A DNA stretch of 28,997 bases, taken from NCBI GenBank assembly GCA_043822305.1, contig JBDRBU010000018.1, positions 1 through 28,997 of the forward strand, written 5' to 3'. This DNA is from Candidatus Firestoneibacteriota bacterium (lineage in GTDB: Bacteria; Oederibacteriota; D2-FULL-39-29; JBDRBU01). Positions 1-7,798 of this stretch are shown here, piece after piece. Below the pieces are notes generated by a model. It was given only the letters and a program-made list of their open reading frames with translations, was not told the DNA's origin and made no database searches. Each line of letters starts with the position of its first letter. Positions within the stretch are counted from its first letter, which is position 1. Both the position numbers and the translations under genes were made by a program.

Positions 1-135
1 TCAAGAGAAATCTTCTCTATTCAACACTTTTTTATCACTATTTTACAAATCTGAAATATAAATCCTTTAATTTTAATGGTTTTTTTCAAAAAAGTATCCT
101 GTTTTTGACTCTTTTAAACTAAAACTGCGGAAGTT

Positions 136-164
136 GGGTCGGGGTCAGGGACGACCCTCGACCC
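136..164. repeat. GC-rich palindromic REP-like element (GGGTCGGGGTC-AGGGAC-GACCCTCGACCC)
   Basis: 11-bp stem with one bulged base; near-identical inverted copy at 23207-23230. Confidence 0.7.
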
Positions 165-228
165 CGTAAATTACTTTTTAGATCCTTTGAAATCAATGGC
201 TTTCTATAATGTAAATAAATAATACTTG

Positions 229-260
229 TCCTGTGCCTGAACCTTGCGAATGGTACAGGA
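229..260. repeat. Intergenic hairpin downstream of the asmA-like gene (possible terminator or REP-like)
   Basis: TCCTGTGCC (229-237) pairs with GGTACAGGA (252-260) with one G-T pair; about 30 bp past the stop at 292; only a weak T-tract on the minus strand. Confidence 0.4.
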
Positions 261-291
261 TTAGGAATAGTTGTTCACCAAAGCGAACAGA

Positions 292-2847
292 CTATCTTTT
301 AAATAAACCCTTTAATAAATCTTCGCCTTTTTTCTTAAGTTCTTCTCCTTTTTTATTCAATTCTTCTTCTGCTTTTTTCTTTAATTTACTTTCTAAATTC
401 TTAAGTGACCTTTCCATTAAAGGAGCAAAACCAGGACTTTTTATAGTTCCATTTATCTCTAAATCAATTGGCATCCATCCGTTTTCATCTGAAGCATATG
501 CAGATATATCTCCTAATTTTGAAACTAATTGAGGGGCAAAGTCATTGAACATCTTCAACTTTAAATCGCTTCCTAAATCCTTATCAAAACATACATCACC
601 ACTAACTGAATATCTTGCATCATCGCACATTATTTTAAACTCCTCAAATCTTACCTTTTGACCTCCAATTTTTAATTTCCCATAAAATTCTCTAAATGGT
701 ATTTCTTCTGTAGGATTTATTTTTAAAGCAGTAAATGCCTCTTTTAAGATTTTCCAGTTTTTTATCTTACCATTTATTATTTTATAGTTAAGGTTCCCTT
801 CCAGATTTTTCTTTATATCTTTTTTGTTTGCCCCCTTCCCTTTTATGTTAAAATTAGCCTGTGTTATACCCATAATCTTATCTTTAACAATATCGGTAGT
901 TTGTTTTTCAAAAAAAGAATCATAAACACTATTTAAAAAGTTTCCAATATTCAAATTCACTGCCTCAGCAGAAGTTTCATAAGCAAGTCCAGGGGTGTTT
1001 AAATCAAGTTTAAAATTATTCTTTATCGTGCCGTTATATAAATTAGTAGTTGTAAAAATGTTACCTGTTCTGTTTTCAAGTTTAATCTCTGACTTTAAAT
1101 CATTGAGTTTTAATTTCTTGTAAACCATTTCATTAATACTTAGTTTCCCGCTAATTTTTAAATCCTTCGAGATATATCTTGTTATTTCTTTTATTTCTTC
1201 GTCTTTAAACCCTAGATCCTCATCTTTAACCTGTTTCAGGGAAATTTCTACTTTTTTATTTTCTTTTTTGGGCATGGCATCCATAATTTCATCTATAACA
1301 AACTTTTGGCTTGTTAAATTAATCTTAGCCTCTCCTTTAAAATGCTCTTTCCACTCTGAAATATTTTCTAAATCAAAATTTGACACTGAAACAGTACCAT
1401 TAAAAACAGAATTTCCGGTATAAAAAGATATTTTGTTTAATTCCAAATCTTTTTCTGTAAGAGAAATGTCTGAAACTAATTTTGAAACACCAAAGTTGAA
1501 CTTCCTGTGCTTTATTCCAAAATCTCTTATATTACCCTTACCATGTATTTTTATTGAATTATAATCAACAGAGTAGTCCTTGGGTAAGTTTAATTTAACC
1601 GTTGAGATTAGATTTATTTTACCGGTTGATTCGAAATTTTCCATAACAGGAAGCATTGAAAAAATCTCCGAGATAGAAGTATCGGTATCAACAGATATAT
1701 TTATCTTAGGATTTTTAAATTCACCAACTTCAGCGACAGCTTTAATTTTAGAATCAGCAGTAAAAATATCGGAATCTAACAACAATTTAGCCCCATCAAA
1801 ATTAAATTTATATTTTAAATCCATATTAAAATTTTTGCTTTTAACAAATACTGTAGAGTACTTTGCTTCTACTTTACTTAAATCTAAACTCCCTTCACCA
1901 GTGGTATGAATAATTTTCCCAACACTACCTTTTACCAAAAGACTTAATGGAATATCTCCAGAAATACTTAAGTCTTTTGTATAAGCAAGCATTTTTGTAG
2001 ACAAAAATGGTTCGGCCATCTTAATCAACTTACCACTTTCTAACTTTACATTTAACTCTGCTTTAAATGAAGGTTCTTCCATAAATTTAGATAATTCAAC
2101 ATTACCCTTAGCCACAATACCAGCAAGTTTTAAAGAAATATCCTTAATAAATATTTTCTGCTCTTTAAATTTCATCTCAATCCTACCGCTCGTACTAAAA
2201 TCAATTGGAGTTTTTTTATAAGACAAAGATGCTTCTGCCTTAAAATCAAAAGGCTTTTGAGTTTCAAGCGATATATCGGAAACAAGAACATTTATCTTTT
2301 TAAGCTCAAGATTAAATACCGGGGTTTGGCTAAAGTCATTATAAATAACTTCTCCATTATTTAAAGCAAGTTTAGATATAGATAGTTCTACTGGTAATTT
2401 TATCTCTACTTTTTCAACTTTTTCCGGTTTGGCTGGTAAGGTTTTTGAAGGGGTAGGAATGAAGTCTGAAAAATTAAAATTACCACTTTTATCTTTTTCT
2501 ATTAGTATATGTGGATTAACTAACTCTATTTTAGTTAAAATAATTTGCTTTTTAAATAATGCCCAAAACTTATATTGGGCCACGGCAGAGTCAGCAGAAA
2601 CAAATGCTCCTTGACTAAAACCTTCTTTATTCCCTATATAAAAATTTTTAAATTCTATACCCTTAAACAAGCTGAACTTTATTTTCTCTACTTTTACTTC
2701 GCGTTTTAAAACTTTAGAAGTCTCTACGACCATAGCCTCTTTTACTTTATCCCATGGTATAAGAAAAGTAACTACAATAGTTAGAACTATGACTAACACC
2801 ACAAAACATCCAGTCAATATCCCAAGTATCTTTAAAAATTTTTTCAT
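292..2847 (-). CDS. AsmA-family (bridge-like lipid transfer) envelope protein
   Basis: N-terminal TM anchor MKKFLKILGILTG..., AsmA-type N-terminal segment (LKREVKV...FWALFKKQI.LTKIELVNPHI.IEKDKSGNFNFSD), long beta-rich body, AsmA_2-like C-terminus (LEGNL...GKIK...I.GT.KSP). ATG 2847 preferred over GTG 2856 from spacing to AGGAGGGGG. Confidence 0.85.
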   Translation of the reverse strand: MKKFLKILGILTGCFVVLVIVLTIVVTFLIPWDKVKEAMVVETSKVLKREVKVEKIKFSLFKGIEFKNFYIGNKEGFSQGAFVSADSAVAQYKFWALFKKQIILTKIELVNPHILIEKDKSGNFNFSDFIPTPSKTLPAKPEKVEKVEIKLPVELSISKLALNNGEVIYNDFSQTPVFNLELKKINVLVSDISLETQKPFDFKAEASLSYKKTPIDFSTSGRIEMKFKEQKIFIKDISLKLAGIVAKGNVELSKFMEEPSFKAELNVKLESGKLIKMAEPFLSTKMLAYTKDLSISGDIPLSLLVKGSVGKIIHTTGEGSLDLSKVEAKYSTVFVKSKNFNMDLKYKFNFDGAKLLLDSDIFTADSKIKAVAEVGEFKNPKINISVDTDTSISEIFSMLPVMENFESTGKINLISTVKLNLPKDYSVDYNSIKIHGKGNIRDFGIKHRKFNFGVSKLVSDISLTEKDLELNKISFYTGNSVFNGTVSVSNFDLENISEWKEHFKGEAKINLTSQKFVIDEIMDAMPKKENKKVEISLKQVKDEDLGFKDEEIKEITRYISKDLKISGKLSINEMVYKKLKLNDLKSEIKLENRTGNIFTTTNLYNGTIKNNFKLDLNTPGLAYETSAEAVNLNIGNFLNSVYDSFFEKQTTDIVKDKIMGITQANFNIKGKGANKKDIKKNLEGNLNYKIINGKIKNWKILKEAFTALKINPTEEIPFREFYGKLKIGGQKVRFEEFKIMCDDARYSVSGDVCFDKDLGSDLKLKMFNDFAPQLVSKLGDISAYASDENGWMPIDLEINGTIKSPGFAPLMERSLKNLESKLKKKAEEELNKKGEELKKKGEDLLKGLFKR

Positions 2848-2881
2848 ATAGAGCACCCCCTCCTTTAATATTATGTCTTAT

Positions 2882-2910
2882 ATTCTACCATATTTTCCAC
2901 ATATTGACAA
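2882..2910 (-). promoter_or_regulatory. sigma70-type promoter for the asmA-like gene
   Basis: Minus strand TTGTCA (2910-2905), 17 bp, TAGAAT (2887-2882) with a TGn extension. Confidence 0.55.
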
Positions 2911-2932
2911 ATCAAAAAAAATATAGTATAAT
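2904..2932 (+). promoter_or_regulatory. Consensus sigma70 promoter for M6 protease/PorV-like pair (predicted leaderless)
   Basis: TTGACA 2904-2909, 17 bp, TATAAT 2927-2932; ATG at 2939 falls at the predicted +1; no SD. Confidence 0.8.
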
Positions 2933-2938
2933 GTTATA

Positions 2939-4996
2939 ATGAAGAAAATAATTGTTTTAATAACGATTATATTTGTAAGTATTTTTAATGTTTCTTATGG
3001 GGATAAGTCATATGTTGCCTATCATTCAGGGTCAGGAACGACCCCGAGTACCTTTACATATGATGTTGATGTGCTAATAATCTCACAAACTCAACCACCC
3101 GTCTTTATCAAATCTTTCTGTACCATGCCACCACATCCAGACCTTATAAAGAAGATGAAGCAACAGGGAAGATGGGAAAGTTTTATTCAGAAGTTCTCTA
3201 TGAGACCGGCCGGATTAGATAGAGGTGCGCCTATCAAAGCACCAGTAATTGGAATTAGAAAGGCAATTGTACTTTTGGTGGATTTTTCGGATAAAGTAGC
3301 AACTACTGCCAAATCTCATTATGAGGATCTCTTGTTTTCTTTAGGAACATATTCGACCGGCAGTATGCGTGACTATTATACAGAAACATCTTACAGTCAA
3401 TTAGATGTTCAAGGTTCGGTAAGCGGGACAGGAGTAACTGCTGGTTGGTATAGAGCACCGCAAACTTATGCTTATTATACCTATAATAATTATGGTCTTT
3501 ATGGAGCCTATCCTCATAATGCTCAGCGATTAACCGAAGATACAGTAAATTTAGCTAACCCATATGTTAATTTCGCTGAGTATGATAATGATGGAGACAC
3601 TTATGTAGATGCTTTGTTTATTGTCCATGCTGGTGTTGGAGCTGAAACAACAGAAGACCCAGACGATATTTGGTCGCATGCGTGGCAGACGAGTTCTGTA
3701 ATGAATGTTGATGGTGTAAAGGTGTTTGACTACTCTATGGAACCGGAGGATGGAAAAATTGGTGTCTTCTCCCATGAATTAGGACATGTCTTTGGCTTAC
3801 CAGATTTATACGACTATGGCTATGATTCTCAGGGAGTTGGTGATTGGTGTCTAATGGCAAGTGGTAGTTGGGGAGGTACTCCATATGGCTCAAAACCTGT
3901 GCATCCATGTGCCTGGGCCAAGATTGAATTAGGCTGGGTCACACCTAATGTCCCAACAACAAATCAGAATAATGTCTCATTCCCTAATATAGAGACAAAT
4001 CAGGTTATCTATAAATTATGGACAAATGGTACGCCCGCAAATGAATATTTTCTTGCTGAAAATCGTCAACAAGTAGGTTTTGATGCATCGTTACCAGGTA
4101 CTGGTCTGATGCTCTGGCATGTTGATGATAGTAAGACAGATAATGATCATCAGTGGTATCCTGGGCTTTCTGCTGCTAACCATTATCATGTAGCCGTAGA
4201 GCCAGCAGATGGGCTATGGCAATTAGAACATAATAGCAATTATGGTGATACCGGCGACCCATTCCCGGGGTCATCTAATAATACTGCATTTAACAATACC
4301 AGTACCCCAAATTCTAATGCTTATCTTACCGGGACAACTAATGTAGGAGTGACTAATATTAGTCCTTCAGGTATGACCATGACCGCTAATATAGCCGTAA
4401 AAATTTTGATACCACCAACAGTAACAAATGTAGTTCCGAATACAGGTTCTAATCTGGTATCAACGACAATATCAATTACTGGGACCGGATTTTATGGTGA
4501 AGTAAGTAGTAGTGATGTAAGTTTTGTTAAGATAGATAGCGGTGTAAATAATTATAATTTAACTGGATATAGTGTCCAAAGTGATACGACAATAATAAAT
4601 ATAGTAGTAGCCAGTGGCTATGTAGCCGGGACATACAATGTTAAAGTTACAACAACTATGGGAACAAATACAACGAGTGCAGTGAAGTATATAGTAACTA
4701 CACCCAATTTAGCAGATATAGTATCATATCCAAATCCAGTTAATTTTAATAAATCAATAGGTAAAAAGATAAAATTTACAAATGTACCAGTGAACTCAAC
4801 ATTAAAGATATATACAGCATCTGGAGAGTTAGTAAAAGAGATAGTTTATGGTGCAGAGGGGAATATAGGAAATGGCGAGATAGCCTTCGATGGGAAAAAT
4901 GATAGTGGTGAAGAGATAGTACGAGGGATTTATTTTTATGTGATAACGGACAATAAAGATGGTAAAAAGACAGGTAAATTTGGAGTTATAAAATAA
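2939..4996 (+). CDS. Secreted M6-family (immune inhibitor A-like) metalloprotease with IPT/TIG-like domain and T9SS-like/FlgD-Ig CTD
   Basis: Sec signal peptide; VLLVDFSD, SMRDYY.E.SY, DNDGD.YVD..FIVHAG, IWSHAW, HELGHVFGLPDLYD zinc motif, WCLMASGSW, EYFLAENRQ; PTVTNVVPN.G Ig-like repeat; C-terminal YPNP...LKIYTASGELVK...FDGKN.SG...GIYFY...TGKFGVIK. Confidence 0.92.
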   Translation: MKKIIVLITIIFVSIFNVSYGDKSYVAYHSGSGTTPSTFTYDVDVLIISQTQPPVFIKSFCTMPPHPDLIKKMKQQGRWESFIQKFSMRPAGLDRGAPIKAPVIGIRKAIVLLVDFSDKVATTAKSHYEDLLFSLGTYSTGSMRDYYTETSYSQLDVQGSVSGTGVTAGWYRAPQTYAYYTYNNYGLYGAYPHNAQRLTEDTVNLANPYVNFAEYDNDGDTYVDALFIVHAGVGAETTEDPDDIWSHAWQTSSVMNVDGVKVFDYSMEPEDGKIGVFSHELGHVFGLPDLYDYGYDSQGVGDWCLMASGSWGGTPYGSKPVHPCAWAKIELGWVTPNVPTTNQNNVSFPNIETNQVIYKLWTNGTPANEYFLAENRQQVGFDASLPGTGLMLWHVDDSKTDNDHQWYPGLSAANHYHVAVEPADGLWQLEHNSNYGDTGDPFPGSSNNTAFNNTSTPNSNAYLTGTTNVGVTNISPSGMTMTANIAVKILIPPTVTNVVPNTGSNLVSTTISITGTGFYGEVSSSDVSFVKIDSGVNNYNLTGYSVQSDTTIINIVVASGYVAGTYNVKVTTTMGTNTTSAVKYIVTTPNLADIVSYPNPVNFNKSIGKKIKFTNVPVNSTLKIYTASGELVKEIVYGAEGNIGNGEIAFDGKNDSGEEIVRGIYFYVITDNKDGKKTGKFGVIK

Positions 4997-5029
4997 AAAA
5001 CATGTATAAAGAATAAAAAGGAGAAAAAT

Positions 5030-6022
5030 ATGTTTAAAAAAATCTGTATCTCGGTTATTTCATTCTTTTTCGTAGGACAAATTTTATATGCATCAGCCGG
5101 CACTTCTGCATTACCTTTTTTAAGAATTGCACCATCGGCCAGAGCGGTAGGAATGGGTGAAACATTTGTCTCAGTTGCAGATGATGTAAATGCAAGTTTC
5201 TGGAATCCTGCTGGTCTAGCGAATTTAAAAACTATGGATTTATCTTTAATGCATTTAATATACTGGGATAATAGCAGTTACGAATTTCTAGCATTTAATT
5301 ATCCATTAACTGATAATTTAAAAATAGGAACGCATATTATTTATTTAAATTATGGGAGCATTGATAAAACCACAGAGACTGATTCTGGAACATTTAATGG
5401 AGTTACCGGTACATTTACTCCATATGATTTAGCCGTAGCCGGAAGTATAGGCTATAGTTTATTAGAAGATTTACAAATTGGATTAAATATAAAATATGTG
5501 ATGCAAAGTATAGATACAGATACAGCAAATGCTCTAGCCGGTGATATAGGGGCGTTATGTAAATTAAATATGTTAGTAGAAAATCTTGTAGTAGGTCTAG
5601 CCGTTTCAAATATTGGCACAAAAATAAAAGAAGATAGTTTACCTATGACATTAAGAGCAGGGTTATCAATGAGATTTTCAATACTTCAAGAAAAAGACTT
5701 ATTAGCCGCAGCTGGAGTATATCTACCATTTGAGAGTTCCGTGATAGCAGAGAATGTTGGTGTTGAATACTGGTATGACCATATGTTTGCCGTGAGGTTA
5801 GGTTATAAGGTTGGATATGATGTTGGCAATTTTACAGCAGGAATTGGATTTAAATCTATCTTAGAGGGTATATTTGGTTATCAAATAGACTATTCTTATG
5901 CTCCCTCAGGGAATCTGGGAGACACTCACAGAATTTCTGTAACCTTAAATTTCGGAGAAGAGGAAACTGCAACAAAAGGAAAAAGCAAAAATCCGGGTAT
6001 AAGAACTGTTCCACTTAAATAG
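5030..6022 (+). CDS. PorV/PorQ-family (UPF0164-like) outer-membrane beta-barrel
   Basis: Signal peptide; FLRIAPSARAVGMGE.F..VADD.NA.FWNPAGLA hallmark; amphipathic strands ending IDYSYAP.GNLGDTHRISVTLNF; SD AAGGAG 5018-5023. Confidence 0.88.
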   Translation: MFKKICISVISFFFVGQILYASAGTSALPFLRIAPSARAVGMGETFVSVADDVNASFWNPAGLANLKTMDLSLMHLIYWDNSSYEFLAFNYPLTDNLKIGTHIIYLNYGSIDKTTETDSGTFNGVTGTFTPYDLAVAGSIGYSLLEDLQIGLNIKYVMQSIDTDTANALAGDIGALCKLNMLVENLVVGLAVSNIGTKIKEDSLPMTLRAGLSMRFSILQEKDLLAAAGVYLPFESSVIAENVGVEYWYDHMFAVRLGYKVGYDVGNFTAGIGFKSILEGIFGYQIDYSYAPSGNLGDTHRISVTLNFGEEETATKGKSKNPGIRTVPLK

Positions 6023-6069
6023 GTAATGTTAGCCATTTTGAAAATTTTGTCTGATTAAGATATGTAAAG

Positions 6070-7293
6070 TTAAAATGGGGTTGGTGTAATCTCCTGCCAG
6101 GAAGTATTTGTACCACCTGTGCCTGAACTGAATTGTACAGTTAAAGTATCATCATAAAATAAATCAGCTCCGCCGCCGCCAAATCCGCCGCCACTAGCAA
6201 CTACTATCGCACCATATATACAAGCATTTGCACCTCCACTAAATGTGCCCGCAACATAGAGAAAACCACTGAACGAAGGATTCTTATTTGGCCCACCGGC
6301 CACCCCGCTACCTATAATATATGATTTTACGGTTTGGTATCCGCCATCGCCCGGGTATTCATCTTGAGCGGCCGTATCTCCCGCTACATTACCCGGTGCT
6401 ACTTTAGCATATTCCTTCCATGCATTAGCCGGAGGTGTGACAGTAAGATTACTATAACCTTTTTTTGTTATGGAAAAGTTACCCATTGAAAAAATGTAAC
6501 CTTTTAAAAAGCTGTTCACGGCTGCTATTTCGCCCCCGGCCTCACACCACCTTATTCTTGAAACCGGATCGTTGCCGGAAAAACTCTGAAAGGCTGGGTA
6601 GTATGTACCCTGAGCTATAGATTGGGCCTTATACCAGGCCAAGTCCGGCACCGGTGGATCCGGCACAGGATAACTATTGTAGCTCCACCATTCCGGGTTA
6701 GGGTTAGAATCAATGTTTGGAGAGTTAGGATCCGTATCTCGTGGGTCTATCTTCCCACGGGCCATTTTTCTCGGATAAGGCCTATCGGATGCTCCAGAGA
6801 TGGTAAGGCTACCCAAAGAATATATCGGCCCCCACCAAACCGTAAAGTTGCCGGTAGCACTATATGAAGGAACCTGAATCGGGGAAACAATAGAGCCTTT
6901 ATAATACACTGCTTTAATTGCTCTAAACTCTTTCCCAGCCGTATCTTTTGCCGTGGCCGTAATACTAACCTCTGTGGCAGATACTCTTTCTATATTGATT
7001 TTATAATACCCGCCGTTAATATCGCTATAAACAACATCATTTGCGTACCCGGCAATAGTTCCACCACCTATAATAGTGGTCCAGTTAGCCGAATTTTCTA
7101 TCAACTTCCAGTGACCTCTATCCAAGCCGGCCTCGGCCAGATGAAAAGCAATAGTCTGTCTTTTTTCCTTTGTAGTCCAATTTACCTCATTCCTAACATA
7201 TATGACAATAAATGGAATTAAAATAGCAAAAATAGCCATTAAAAGTACCACCGTCATAATAACATTTCCTTTTATTTTTTTAAATTTAATCAT
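6070..7293 (-). CDS. PilX/GspK-like minor pilin with C-terminal extension
   Basis: KG|NVIMTVVLLMAIF prepilin-like N-terminus lacking Glu+5; AFHLAEAGLDRG motif typical of PilX N-terminal domain; ends SWQEI. Confidence 0.78.
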   Translation of the reverse strand: MIKFKKIKGNVIMTVVLLMAIFAILIPFIVIYVRNEVNWTTKEKRQTIAFHLAEAGLDRGHWKLIENSANWTTIIGGGTIAGYANDVVYSDINGGYYKINIERVSATEVSITATAKDTAGKEFRAIKAVYYKGSIVSPIQVPSYSATGNFTVWWGPIYSLGSLTISGASDRPYPRKMARGKIDPRDTDPNSPNIDSNPNPEWWSYNSYPVPDPPVPDLAWYKAQSIAQGTYYPAFQSFSGNDPVSRIRWCEAGGEIAAVNSFLKGYIFSMGNFSITKKGYSNLTVTPPANAWKEYAKVAPGNVAGDTAAQDEYPGDGGYQTVKSYIIGSGVAGGPNKNPSFSGFLYVAGTFSGGANACIYGAIVVASGGGFGGGGADLFYDDTLTVQFSSGTGGTNTSWQEITPTPF

Positions 7294-7780
7294 TCATCAC
7301 CCTCACTTTTTCTATAGATAATTGTAATGCTTTTGTCCTGCTTTCATATGTGGCTTTTTCAAAACAAACACTAACACCCAGAATTGTTCCATCATCCGTA
7401 TTCGGATAAGTGAAACGCAAAGTTCTCAAATTCTCTGCAAGCATAACAGTCTTGGAATTAACAGTTTGATAAATCTTTCCATTTTTTTGATAATAAGAAA
7501 TACTATTGCCGGATATTGTTGTAAATGTTATTCTTGACCAGGGTGGCTCAACGGTTAATTGATCAATCACTATGGTTGATTGCTGCCCTTGTCTTATTGT
7601 TCTATCCATTAAAGACATAATTCTTCTTGCATCTCTTTGTATCTCTGTCCTGGCTAAATTAAGTCTCCAGTATCTGGTAAAATTTGTCAATATTATTGAC
7701 GCTCCACCAACTATTATACCTAATATGGCTACAACAACCATCACTTCTGTAAGCGTATAACCAGTCTGTTTCTTTAGCAT
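7286..7780 (-). CDS. Type IV minor pilin (PilW/GspJ-like)
   Basis: Class III signal G|YTLTEVMVVVAILGII with Glu+5; 'MDRTIRQG' helix end and 'LAENLRTLRFTY' typical of PilW/GspJ-like pilins. Confidence 0.85.
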   Translation of the reverse strand: MLKKQTGYTLTEVMVVVAILGIIVGGASIILTNFTRYWRLNLARTEIQRDARRIMSLMDRTIRQGQQSTIVIDQLTVEPPWSRITFTTISGNSISYYQKNGKIYQTVNSKTVMLAENLRTLRFTYPNTDDGTILGVSVCFEKATYESRTKALQLSIEKVRVMND

Positions 7781-7798
7781 ATAAAATCATCTCCAATT

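Noticed and set aside
233..2614. Plus-strand ORFs 233-532, 1580-1909, 2429-2614
   Set aside because: Antisense to the AsmA-like gene; typical shadow composition.
6023..6069. Bidirectional terminator between the barrel and pilX-like genes
   Set aside because: No GC-rich stem with T-tracts visible.
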